A DNA stretch of 64,000 bases from the human T2T-CHM13v2.0 reference genome, Homo sapiens (GCF_009914755.1 NC_060943.1), one strand, 5' to 3'. Shown: positions 1 through 47,461, counted from the stretch's first letter. Numbers and translations: made by a program. Notes: generated by a model not told the origin, from the letters alone.

Positions 1-458
<458 letters not shown>

Positions 459-523
459 CTAGTACACAGAAGAGACAGGGCTTTGACACCCCCTATCTCT
501 GGTGTTCTTGGCCCTCAACACAG

Positions 524-662
524 GAAAAGAAAAAAGCCATCCAGGAGGAGGAGGAGAGAGACCAGGCCTTGCAGGCCAAGGCGAGCCTGACCATCCCGCT
601 GGTGCCCGAGACGGAAGATGACCGCAAGCTGGCGGCTCTGCTGAAGTTCCACACCCTGGACT
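524..662 (+). CDS. YJU2B: YJU2B (CCDC130) penultimate coding exon; probable splicing factor of the CWC16/YJU2 family
   Basis: cag| acceptor at 521-523 and |gtgcgt donor at 663; encodes EKKKAIQEEEERDQALQAKASLTIPLVPETEDDRKLAALLKFHTLD; phase 1 joins the next exon (T|CC = Ser). Confidence 0.9.
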
Positions 663-814
663 GTGCGTAGGAGGCCAGGGGGAAAAGGGGACAGGGAGGC
701 TCAGAGTTGCCTGGAGATGGGGGGTCCTCAGCCATGAGTGGACTCTGGTCTACCAGAGGGCAGTTCTGGACCCCCTCCCCTGCCGCCCCTGAAATGTCCT
801 CTCCTCTCCTCTAG

Positions 815-1293
815 CCTACGAGGACAAGCAGAAACTCAAGCGGACCGAGATCATCAGCCGCTCCTGGTTCCCCTCTGCCCCCGGATCCGCCTCCAGCAGC
901 AAGGTCAGCGGCGTCCTGAAGAAGCTGGCACAGAGCCGCAGAACCGCGCTTGCCACCTCCCCCATCACCGTCGGGGACCTGGGCATCGTGCGGCGGAGGT
1001 CTCGGGACGTCCCGGAGAGCCCCCAGCATGCGGCCGACACCCCCAAGTCTGGGGAACCGCGGGTACCAGAGGAGGCTGCCCAGGACCGGCCCATGTCCCC
1101 CGGAGACTGTCCTCCGGAAACAACTGAGACCCCCAAGTGCAGCAGCCCGAGGGGGCAGGAAGGGAGCCGTCAGGACAAGCCCCTGTCGCCAGCAGGCTCC
1201 TCCCAGGAGGCAGCTGACACCCCCGACACGCGGCACCCCTGCAGTCTCGGCTCCTCCCTCGTGGCGGACTACTCCGACTCGGAGAGTGAGTGA
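815..1293 (+). CDS. YJU2B: YJU2B (CCDC130) terminal coding exon
   Basis: Pyrimidine tract plus ctag acceptor at 811-814; reads SYEDKQKLKRTEIISRSWF...SLGSSLVADYSDSESE, stop TGA 1291-1293. Confidence 0.9.
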
Positions 1294-1495
1294 GCGATCC
1301 CCATCCTGGAGACTGGACCCGCTCTAGAGGCCCGGACACACCCAGGAGGCCCCTCACAGACTGCAGACCCCCGGCTCGCCCACCAGCCCTGGGAGAGCTC
1401 AGATGCCGCATCCTCCCCAGACCGCGCCTTCCTGCAACCGTGGAGTTATTTATTTGGTCCTGGTGAGGGTGTTTGTGCCTTGTGAGACTCCGTAC

Positions 1496-1501
1496 ATTAA
1501 A
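1496..1501 (+). terminator. YJU2B polyadenylation signal (ATTAAA)
   Basis: ATTAAA about 200 nt after the stop, followed by a T/GT-rich tract (tgtctcttctt...tgtcttgggttgtt). Confidence 0.7.
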
Positions 1502-1735
1502 GACCTGTCTCTTCTTCCCTGTCTTGGGTTGTTAGATGGACCCTGGGGCTGCCCCCCCACCCCCCCACCTTGACCAAGCTTGGTAGGCCTCTCATCAGCA
1601 AATGCTGGTATAGGGTCATAGCTGTGACCACAGACATGGTCCCCTTCCAGAGTAACAAGAGTCTCAAGGTGGTGGTCCCGGTTGGCCAGGAATCAGGACA
1701 GACTTCCTGGAGGAGGAGGCATGGGCCAAGTGTGA

Positions 1736-2208
<473 letters not shown>

Positions 2209-2512
2209 CTGCATGTTACTTTTGAATGAAACCGAGCAGAAAATGGCCCAGAAACAGCCTTGCATCCATCAAGGGGCACACGACCCCCCACTACCTCCCC
2301 CTCAACCTTGGAAGATCATTTAACAAATTCTTTGGTTTGAACACTTGATGTTACCTTGCCACTGGGGATACATCCCTAACTCTAGACAGCAGGTTGTTAA
2401 ACACGGGGCCTGGTATCCACTAGGCGTCCCATAAATGCTGCCACTTTTGTGGTTCCGAGGAGGCGGCTCACTCCGTTCGGGCTTGGCAGGAGTCGTGGAG
2501 TGGGTTCGGCCA

Positions 2513-2689
2513 CGTGGAATCCGCGTCCTGGGAACCCGTGGAATCCGCGTCCTGGGAACCCGTGGAATCCGCGTCCTGGGAACCCGTGGAATCCGCCTCC
2601 TGGGAACCCGTGGAATCCGCCTCCTGGGAACCCGTGGAATCCGCCTCCTGGGAACCCGTGGAATCCGCCTCCTGGGAACCCGTGGAATC
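2513..2689. repeat. 24-bp tandem repeat (about 7.4 copies) in the MRI1 promoter
   Basis: Unit cgtggaatccgc[g/c]tcctgggaacc; copies start at 2513, 2537, 2561, 2585, 2609, 2633 and 2657, partial copy at 2681. Confidence 0.97.
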
Positions 2690-2813
2690 GGGTTGGATGC
2701 GCATGTGCGTGTCTCTTTTTCCGGGGGAGGCTCCGCCCACGGCCCCGCCCCGCTCCCAAGTGCGCGCGGACCCCTAGCTCCCTCTGAGTTGCGCTGGGCT
2801 TGGCTGCTGCACC

Positions 2814-2945
2814 ATGACCCTGGAGGCGATCCGCTACTCGCGGGGCTCCCTGCAGATCCTAGACCAGCTGCTGCTGCCCAAGCAGAGCCGCTACGAGGCG
2901 GTGGGCTCGGTGCACCAGGCCTGGGAGGCCATCCGCGCCATGAAG
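2814..2945 (+). CDS. MRI1: MRI1 exon 1, methylthioribose-1-phosphate isomerase
   Basis: Kozak context gcaccATGa; [22 protein letters not shown]...AIRAMK; donor AAG|gtgcag. Confidence 0.96.
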
Positions 2946-2950
2946 GTGCA

Positions 2951-3006
2951 GCGGGGCGGCGGGGCGGCGGGGCGGCGGGGCGGCGGGGCGGCGGGGCGGC
3001 GGGGCG
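2951..3006. repeat. (GCGGGGCG)x7 octamer repeat in MRI1 intron 1
   Basis: Seven perfect 8-bp units read directly. Confidence 0.95.
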
Positions 3007-3071
3007 GCCGGGTTGGAGGTGGGAGTGCGCCCGCGCCTGCAGCTTCCGACGCCCAAATCCCTGCCCCGCAG

Positions 3072-3310
3072 GTGCGGGGCGCCCCGGCCATAGCCCTGGT
3101 GGGCTGTCTCAGCCTCGCCGTGGAGCTGCAGGCGGGCGCCGGGGGACCGGGACTCGCCGCGCTCGTGGCCTTCGTGCGCGACAAGCTGAGCTTCCTCGTC
3201 ACCGCCCGGCCCACCGCTGTCAACATGGCCCGCGCCGCCCGCGACCTGGCTGATGTTGCAGCCCGGGAGGCCGAACGGGAGGGCGCTACGGAAGAGGCGG
3301 TCCGGGAGAG
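3072..3310 (+). CDS. MRI1: MRI1 exon 2
   Basis: Family motifs VRGAPAI and RPTAVN; cag acceptor 3069-3071, donor gtacgg at 3311. Confidence 0.96.
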
Positions 3311-3385
3311 GTACGGGGATCTGGTACCAGGCACGGCGCTGAGCAGGAATTATATTGACTCTTTTTAAGTACAGTGACCCACTAT

Positions 3386-3499
3386 ACAGATGGGGAAACT
3401 GAGGCACGGCGACCTTAAGTCCCTTGTCCAGGGCCCCACAGATGGGGAGACTGAGGCACGGCGACCTTAAGTCCCTTGTCCAGGGCCCCACAGATGGGG
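3386..3499. repeat. 52-bp tandem duplication of a MIR-derived fragment
   Basis: acagatgggga[a/g]actgaggcacggcgaccttaagtcccttgtccagggcccc at 3386 and 3438, partial third copy at 3490; cagatggggaaactgaggcac is the MIR core. Confidence 0.9.
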
Positions 3500-4154
3500 C
3501 CCAGAGTCTAGCCTGGGCAGCCTGGCCCTGAAACCTAACTCCTTAATCGTGCCTCCCCTGAATACACGCAGCCCCTTATCCGCCCTTGGAGGCCCTTTTT
3601 AGTATCTCCGTGTTCTCTTGGTTTCTGCTTTTGAGGAACTTTTTTTCCTGTCCTGGTCCCCTTCCTGCCATCTTTTTCCCCCCACTTCCTTTCTGCTCCA
3701 GCCCTCCCTGCAATGTCACTTTACCCCACCAAGCTCGAGCCTGCCTTACAGCCTTTGCACGTGCCATTGGTGCGGGCCAGGTATCCATAGCGCCCTCCTC
3801 CACCATTCTATATGATCCAGCTCACCCGCTGCTCTCTGTTGCCTGATTCTGCCGGCTTTTCCTTCATTTTATTATCTCTTCATCAGCTGGCTCACTCACC
3901 CCAGTGTCAACTCCACAGGAGCAGAGATTTTTGTCTTGTTTACTGCTGGGTCATACCGGAACTGCTTGGTAAACATGTCTTTGCATGAATGAACGGAGTG
4001 ACACTTCGGTGGCCCTGGCCGAAGGGTCCAGGCCCCACAGCAATGAGAGGCTTTGAGCAGGAGGGCTCCAGGACAGCAGCGTTAGGCAGAGAGGAGGCGT
4101 TGGCCTGGGCCCCGGGTCCTGGTGGCTGGTGCTGAAAACTCCTTGTCACCCCAG

Positions 4155-4330
4155 AGTGATCTGCTGCACCGAGGACATGCTGGAGAAAGACCTCAGAGAC
4201 AACCGAAGCATTGGGGACCTAGGAGCCCGCCACCTCCTGGAGCGGGTGGCCCCCAGCGGTGGCAAGGTGACTGTGCTGACCCACTGTAACACTGGTGCTC
4301 TGGCCACCGCTGGCTATGGTACAGCCCTAG
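4155..4330 (+). CDS. MRI1: MRI1 exon 3 (contains catalytic Cys168)
   Basis: [20 protein letters not shown] motif; ccag acceptor, gtgaga donor; phases are consistent. Confidence 0.96.
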
Positions 4331-5085
4331 GTGAGAGGGCCTCCTCAGGGGGTAGGGGAGGGCCTTCTAGGAACTTTTTTAGATACAAGAGAAAGAATCC
4401 CAAACCCAAACCACTTTATCCACAAAAAAAATGGGAAGGTACTAGTTCTAGTACGGAAACACTTATACAGTTGGCTTCAGGTATGGCAAGATCAAGGGGC
4501 TCAACCAGTAGCATCAGGACCTATCTATCTCTGTGCTTCAGCTCTGCCCTCCTTCATCTTCAGGTTCCATGGGCTGGCAGGCGGCTGTTAGGGTCCAAAT
4601 CATGAGGAAAAGAGCCTCCTATACTAGAAAAGTCTCCTTGTATCTCAGGGGGTCCACTAGGGCACCTGCCCATCCCAGAGCAGTCATTCGATGGGCCCCG
4701 CCTGAGCCATATGCCTAGAGCCAGGGCAGGACGTGGACTCCAGGAGGAACTGGGGAGAAGGGAGTGAGCAGAGAAAGATTAGGTAGCTGTGACCAGGAGA
4801 CAGGGGGAGTGGGCTGTAGGGGGCCAAGGCAGCAGATTCCACTTGACCCTAAATTCACCAGGAAATTTCCCTACCTGCCTGAGTCCCACCTTCATCCCTG
4901 GGAACTGAGGCCTTAATGGAAAGACCTCTGCCTTTGATTCATTCACTCACCCAGCATTTAGTAAGCACCTGCTGTGGCTCAGACACCGCCATTTGCTGGG
5001 GACGCAGCAGTGAACAAAACAGACAAAATCTCTGCTCTCAGGGGTCCCAGGGAAGCAGAAGGAACAGTCAACAGGCAAAATAAGT

Positions 5086-6434
<1,349 letters not shown>

Positions 6435-6760
6435 ACACATGAGGTGTTAGAAGGTGATAAATGCTAAGGACAGAGAGCAGGAAACTGAAAGTGTGGGGAT
6501 TGCTATGCAAAACTGATATATCAGGGAAGGCTTCACCGAGAAGGTGTCCTTTAAACAGACGTGAAACGGAGCTATGCGAGCATTGGGAAGAGCATACCAG
6601 GCAGAGGGAACTGCCACTGCGAGGGCCCCTGGGCGGGACTGTGCTCGGTAAGCCTTTGGCAATCCACGCCCAGACTAGGAGCCTGCACCCCTAACCAATG
6701 GACCACCCTGTCTGTTTGCCCCTCCCCGGGGCCTTCTCCTGGTGGGTGGGGCCCCCGCAG

Positions 6761-6937
6761 GTGTGATTCGCTCACTGCACAGCCTGGGCCGCCTGGAGCA
6801 TGCCTTCTGCACAGAGACCCGGCCCTACAACCAGGGAGCCCGGCTGACGGCCTTTGAGCTGGTCTATGAGCAGATCCCCGCCACCCTTATCACCGACAGC
6901 ATGGTGGCTGCTGCCATGGCCCATAGGGGCGTGTCAG
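6761..6937 (+). CDS. MRI1: MRI1 exon 4
   Basis: GVIRSLH...[16 protein letters not shown]...LITDSM; cag acceptor 6758-6760, gtaagc donor at 6938. Confidence 0.96.
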
Positions 6938-6941
6938 GTAA

Positions 6942-10075
<3,134 letters not shown>

Positions 10076-10320
10076 AGTGGCATAGATGTGTATAGGACTT
10101 TGAATTTTTCTTGGGGACTGACATTCTAGGGGCAGTGGCGAGTCTAAACTTACTATTGAGTACAATGTCCATGCCTGCATGTACTTTTGGGGTGAGAATC
10201 CTCAGGTTCTCAAGGACTCCCCAACTCCAAGAACCACTGTGGTAGAAACAGATGACTACAACCTGAGAACTTTCACAGAAGCAAATTCTTGCCTCCTTGC
10301 CTCCCCTCTCTCCCCTGCAG

Positions 10321-10481
10321 GGATTGGAGTTTGGAATCCTGCCTTCGATGTCACCCCCCACGACCTCATCACTGGTGGCATCATCACAGAACTGGGGGTC
10401 TTTGCCCCTGAGGAGCTCCGGACAGCCCTAACCACCACCATCTCTTCCAGGGATGGAACCCTAGATGGACCCCAGATGTAA
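10321..10481 (+). CDS. MRI1: MRI1 exon 6 (terminal coding exon)
   Basis: [26 protein letters not shown]; stop TAA 10479-10481; the six exons sum to 1110 nt = 369 aa plus stop. Confidence 0.96.
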
Positions 10482-10747
10482 CCAACTCAGCTCTCCCTAG
10501 CCTGCCTCTCTAGGTTTTTCAATACATTTCTTGAATGGCTACCCAAAAGCTGACCGTCCAGCCCCTGACCACACTTGTTCCTAGTGCAGGGAGCTCAGAC
10601 AGGGCCTTCCATCTAGAGCCCAGCACCTAGAGCCAGGCTGCCCAGATTCAAATCCTGACTCCGCCACTTTTCCCACTGTATGATCTTGGGCAAGTCACTT
10701 CACCTCTCTGTGCCTTGGTTTCCTCATTTATAAAATGTGGATAACAG

Positions 10748-12154
<1,407 letters not shown>

Positions 12155-12457
12155 TAAAATTTTGAAGAGGCTAGAACCCCGCACTTGTGCCTTGAGCTTA
12201 CTGACCTCAACACCCTGGTTCCACTAAAACTTTATTTACAAAATTATGCTGCCGGTCTGCAGGATGTAGTTTAACAATTTGATTATTTTGGATATTAAAA
12301 TATTTTTTAAGTCTTGAAAATATTGTTTACTATTACCAAAGTTTTTGAACCTTCTTAAATTCTGTACCAGAGGTGAGTGCCACACCCTAACCTAGTCTGA
12401 GTTTTTATGTGTAAAGATCATAAAACGTTGTAAGTTTTCTAAAACACATAAGCTCTC

Positions 12458-12463
12458 AATAAA
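12458..12463 (+). terminator. Probable distal MRI1 polyadenylation signal (AATAAA)
   Basis: AATAAA in unique sequence followed by a GT/T-rich tract (cgttttgttcgtaatgtttg). Confidence 0.6.
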
Positions 12464-12559
12464 CGTTAGCTTATCATTGTCACCGTTTTGTTCGTAATGT
12501 TTGAAAACTCCAACTGTGATCCACTACACTACCCTTGTGGGATGCTGTCTCTTTAACTC

Positions 12560-13004
<445 letters not shown>

Positions 13005-13490
13005 TGAGGGGAGAGGGTGGATCCTGGGGACGAGCTAGGAGCGAGGGGATAGAGCCAGGGGCCGCGTTAGGAGCGAAGGATGGAGCCCGGGGCGCAGAGA
13101 GGGGTAAGAGGTGGAAGCTGGCGAGGGATAGGGGCTGGGGGACGTGCTAGGGACGAGAGATGAAATCTGGAGGCCGGCGAGGGAAGGAGCACAGGGATCG
13201 GCAAAGGGCAAGGGATGAGGCCTGGAGGACTCCCAGCTCTGTGGGCCTCCCTTTTCTTCCTTGTGCAAGGGGTGCAGGAACACCACTTACCACTTCAAAA
13301 GGGCCTCGTAGAAGCAAGACCTGCGGCCCAAAAAGGGTTCCAATAACGTCAGCCTCTTGCTGTTACTGTTTTCTTTAATTGAACTCAGGAAGACAGCGAG
13401 GTGACATGGGAAGGGAATTGAAAGCCCAGCTTTGTAAACCTAGAACAGCAGAGGGCTCAAAGAAGTGTGAGGGTGCGTTGGTTATCGTCA

Positions 13491-15723
<2,233 letters not shown>

Positions 15724-16192
15724 GTCCGTCGGAACTCAGAATGGCAGGGCAGAGGCAGTCTGGGAAAGGCGACTGAGCCACCAGTTTGGGGTTCACACTG
15801 CTGGTTTTGCCCCACGCTTGTGCCTTACTTGCCAGCTCCCTTGCCCACTCTTCAGATCCTCAGCTTGCCGTCTGCAAAGCAGAGATGACCTGGGGCAGAG
15901 GAGGCTGCCCTTCTAGAGGCTGGGACCAGAGGCTGTGGGCACGCTGGATCCCATGCAGTTTAGGGACCTGGGCAACCAGTGCCTCCTGGCTGCAGCAGAC
16001 TGTTTCCCCATCCATAAAATGGGCATGAGCAGAGGTTTAGAAGCCAAGGTGCAGAAGTGAGGATTTTTGTGTGTGTGGAGGCCCCGGAGAGTGCAGGACT
16101 TAAACCCCAGCCACCAGACCCACAGTCAGGTGCGGTTCGAGGGGATAGTTGCTGATCTAGCCCCCTGCGAGCTCTAGCCAGGAAGAGGGTGA

Positions 16193-16399
<207 letters not shown>

Positions 16400-16641
16400 G
16401 GACGCTGGCCCCAGTGCAGGCCAACATCCCACCCCCTACCTCCATATGGGACCTTGCAAGTCATCCCACAGGCTGCACTGTCAGGAAGAGGACCCTGTCC
16501 CCCAGCACTGGGCTTCACCTAGAACTTCAGTGGGGGCCAAGGGTGCTGAGAACCCAGCAATGACCAGGAAGATACAGTCACTAACTTCATCTGTCCCCGT
16601 GCCCCTTCCCAGGTCCTGCCTCCACAGGTTTAACCCAGAAC

Positions 16642-16647
16642 AATAAA
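16642..16647 (+). terminator. C19orf53 polyadenylation signal (AATAAA)
   Basis: AATAAA about 240 nt after the stop with downstream GT-rich sequence. Confidence 0.8.
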
Positions 16648-16719
16648 CCTGGCTTTGTCATCCCTCTTGCAGTCCTGTGTTCGGGTGAGCAGGCCAGGTG
16701 AGCCCACAAGTCTCCATGA

Positions 16720-19725
<3,006 letters not shown>

Positions 19726-20113
19726 AGCACCACCACCCCTCCCCGCCCAAACATGCAGAGAGAAATTTCATTAAAAAGTCCTAACTTAGCATCTTGAAAA
19801 ATCAGGAATCAGGGCAGTGGAAGCCGCACGCATGAGATGGAAAGACTGAGTAGTCTGGCGTTTCCCAAGCTGCCAGGAAGGCCCCGCCCTCATTGTTTCT
19901 GGAGGGGGAGGGAGGGGCTGGAGGATGAATGAGGCCCAGATCTCAGACTGAGGGATAAGGGTAGCTCTTTCCTTTCTGGGCTTCCCTTTCACAGCCAATC
20001 CCCGGCCTCTGTTCAGGGCTGGGGATTGGCTGTTCCAGCTTCCAGGGCACACATCCTTGAGCCCCATCTAGGGAACCTGGTTTCTCTGGCTGTCTGCCCA
20101 CCTCAGGCAGTAA

Positions 20114-23110
<2,997 letters not shown>

Positions 23111-23239
23111 TTCTGACCTGGCGAACAGGAAGAAAAAAACATTTTAGCACCCATTCATCTTTATATGTTAAGGGAGTGGTGATTTTGCCACCTTCAAAAA
23201 ATTAGCTTCCGGTCTTTCTATCTGGAATCAGAAAGGCAA

Positions 23240-23286
23240 GGGCCAGGACGGGGTGGGCTCTGGGCCAGGACGGGGTGGGCTCTGGG
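23240..23286. repeat. 22-bp perfect tandem duplication
   Basis: gggccaggacggggtgggctct x2 (23240-23261, 23262-23283). Confidence 0.9.
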
Positions 23287-23712
23287 TGCCATCTGGCACC
23301 GGAGTTGGACACCAGGAGGCGCCTCTAACCGGGGTTAAATCCACCCGCAGGCTGGTGGCGTCTCGACCAGCCCAGGAATCCTGCATTCTGGCTCCCTTTG
23401 TGCCTCTGACGCCAGCCCCTTCGAGGAGCACCCCAGGGGCAAGGAAGGGCTTTCAGGCACTGCAGGTATGGGGTCTGGAATGTGCACTCACCCATTCCCC
23501 CTTCACCTCTCCCCTCAGGGCTCCCCAAACAGCCTCATTTTCCCCTTCACTTTCCTGGGTGACTTTCCCCTCCTGCACTCCCCCAAGCCCTGATTAGTGC
23601 TGGAGCCAGGAGCCCCAGACTCCGGAAGAACCCACACCTTGAGTTCTTTGCCAGGTTCTGCCACTTTTTGACTGTGTGACCGTCAAGTCCCTTCACCTTT
23701 CTGAGTCTCAGC

Positions 23713-25884
<2,172 letters not shown>

Positions 25885-26414
25885 ACAGTTATTCTTGCCT
25901 AAGCCTTTCTCTCCTGCCTCCACCTTCCCCCGCCTCGACCTGGCACGACCACTTCTCCTGGCAGGGCCCTGACACTTTGCCCATGAACTTCTGTTTCAAA
26001 AAGAAAGAAAAGAAATGCAAGAAGGAAATCTTGCCAGCTGCGCATGCCGGAGGGGCTGCGTCGTCGCGACCAGGAAGCAAGCGAAGCCTACCCAGCTGGT
26101 TTCCTGCCTGAGTCAACGGTGGCTGGGGGTGCTGCAGGGGGCTGGCAGAAGGGAGGGACCCTCAGAAAGCTAGGGTGGAGATATCCACGAGCTGGGGGTC
26201 CTTGTCTCCACCTTCATCTGAGCCCCCAGGGTAGCCCCATCTTCCACGGGTTGAGAGCACACGTGGTTTGGGGTCAGGAGCTGTACATGCCTAGACAGTG
26301 AGCTCACGCTGGGCGCGGGCAGGATCAATCTGGCTTCCATTTCCCCAAAGCCCAAGCTTGCTGGCTTTACTGAGAAGGAAGGACGCAGGTGGTTGGAACT
26401 ACCCCCATCAAACT

Positions 26415-32900
<6,486 letters not shown>

Positions 32901-32999
32901 TTAGCAATTTCATATGACCCAAGATAGTATCTAGGGCATGGAAAGGAGGGGCGGGGTACTATACTAGTTTTGAGGCTCAAGGGATGACCTATGAACCCC

Positions 33000-34076
<1,077 letters not shown>

Positions 34077-34306
34077 TAACCCAATCAGAGACACCCCCTG
34101 AGATTCCACCCCCAGGACCCTTAACCCTGCCTGGAAACACCCCCTCATCCTCCTGTTTCTGTCCTTCAAACCCAGTAACCCACCCCCATCCCTTCTCTGC
34201 CATCTCTGCCCCTCAGCGCCCCAGATCCCAAATCAGGACACTTCCTTCTTCTCCTACCAACCCCAGATCTCTGAGATCTGGCCCCCATGGCCCGCCTACA
34301 ACCCTG

Positions 34307-34418
34307 GGCACCCCTCTTTTCCCGCCTTATCCCCCAACGGTACCCCTCTTTTCCCACCTTATCCCCCAACGGTACCCCTCTTTTCCCACCTTATCCCCCA
34401 ACGGTACCCCTCTTTTCC
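34307..34418. repeat. 32-bp C-rich tandem repeat (about 3.5 copies), ZSWIM4 intron 1
   Basis: Unit ggtacccctcttttcccaccttatcccccaac starting at 34307, 34339, 34371 and 34403. Confidence 0.93.
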
Positions 34419-35701
34419 TACCGCATCTTTATTCGCCAATCAGGGCACCCCATTCAGTCTTCAATCCTCTCTTCGGCCCCCCGCTTGGGGACACCCTGTC
34501 TCCCTCCATCGTAGCCTCTAGAGACTCACACTACCCCATTCCTGCTCTCCAGATCCCTACCGTACACCCCAAGTAAATAACTCCCCCATCTCTCCAGATT
34601 CCAGCTCAAGACACCCCTTTTTTCCCCATTCATTCCTGCCCTCGAGCCTCCAGATTCCACCTGTTCCTTGGGGACCCCTCTCTACTCCTCCAGATTCCTC
34701 TTTCGGGGCTGCCCGTCTTCTCCTGGCTTGCCGCAGGGATTACTGAAATGCCAGGGTCCCTCCTCCTCCCCACCTCATCCCCCTGACCTATCCTATCTCT
34801 TCCCATAGGAAAACAGCAGGGGCGGAGCCTGGGTGGTGGTCCCTGGACAGGTGCACCTAGAAGCTCTCTTCTGTGGCTTCTGGTGGCACTGACAGGATGT
34901 CCCAGAGCTGGGGCCCTTTAAGTCCCCTTTTTCAGCTTCAGTGTGGGCCCCCAAGGAACTGGAGACATGGCCCAGACTTGAACAGGAAGCACACACGGGC
35001 TCTATCCTCTGTCCAGCTTCAGGGGGCGTTCTTTCCTGCCCGGCCTCTCTGGAGTTAGGAAGTCGGCCTGGACGGATGGGTTTGGGCCAAGTGTGGATGG
35101 GCAGGCTCTGATTCATGGACTGGAAAATCCCTCCTTAGTCATTTGCCAACTGTCCCTGAGGCCTGGGCTGGTTATTGCCTCTCCCACTTCCCCTAGAAAC
35201 CCAGGTGGAGTAGGGGCTAAGGAGGGCCCCTTCATTGCATGTGAGACACACAGAACAATCTGAAAACCATCTCCGAGCCTCCCACAAACCTGCCCTGGCC
35301 AAGCCGAGCCCTCAGAGTTCTTGACCCACAGAAGCTCATGGAATCCCCTGCAACCCTTTGGCAGTTGTTCTTGTTCCCACTTTGAGGAAACTGGGGCACA
35401 GAGAAGTTGAGAAACTTGCCCAAGGTCACCCAGCCAGGGAATAGCAAGTCCAGATTGGAAGGCAGGCTCAGCCAGCTCACTGTATTGCCCAGAGCCCACA
35501 GCGGTGGCCAGGACACCCCCTCCCCTCCTGGGGCCCCTTCCCAGGGATGGGGCATGGAAGGGAAACTGAGGAACGACAGAGTCTGTCTTAGGAGTTGAAA
35601 CAACTCACAGCTCTGGGACCCTGAACAAGTGAATTCATCCCACTAAGTCTCAGATTCTCCCAGCTATAAAACAGGTTCATGATTTAGTATCAATGTGCCA
35701 T

Positions 35702-36230
<529 letters not shown>

Positions 36231-36294
36231 CACACTAGGTGGCTGTGAGAATTTGGAAATTACATACATAAAGTGTTCAGCATAGTGTGTGCAT

Positions 36295-43461
<7,167 letters not shown>

Positions 43462-43681
43462 TGAGTGGCAGATCCCAGATATCTGGACACAGGACAGATG
43501 AGTAGTTGCAAATCAGCCTACGGGCAGAGGGCGAGGGCAGGAGGGGAGATCCTGCGTTAGAGGGCAAGTGGGAGGTCTGGCCCCAGGGCTGGGTATGTCA
43601 ATAGATGGAGCATCCTGGGTATGGGAGGAGAAGAGGGGGCGTGAAGGGAATGTGGGACGTTTGTGGGTGTCAGAGGTGTTA

Positions 43682-44838
<1,157 letters not shown>

Positions 44839-44859
44839 AAGGGAAGGACAGAACTGGTG

Positions 44860-47461
<2,602 letters not shown>

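Larger units (their letters stand above)
2440..3350 (+). promoter_or_regulatory. MRI1 CpG-island promoter
   Basis: CpG-dense; NRF1-like tgcgcatgtgcg 2698-2709; GC boxes ctccgccc 2731-2738 and ggccccgcccc 2741-2751; no TATA box. Confidence 0.85.

Noticed and set aside
2513-2689. Regularly spaced repeat as a possible CRISPR array
   Set aside because: Units are contiguous with no unique spacers, no cas genes are present, and the DNA is primate.
2397-3253. Repetitive ORFs over the MRI1 promoter (e.g. 2435-3253, 2449-2787, 2514-2777, 2397-2759)
   Set aside because: They arise from a stop-free 24-bp unit and high GC content; no independent coding signal.
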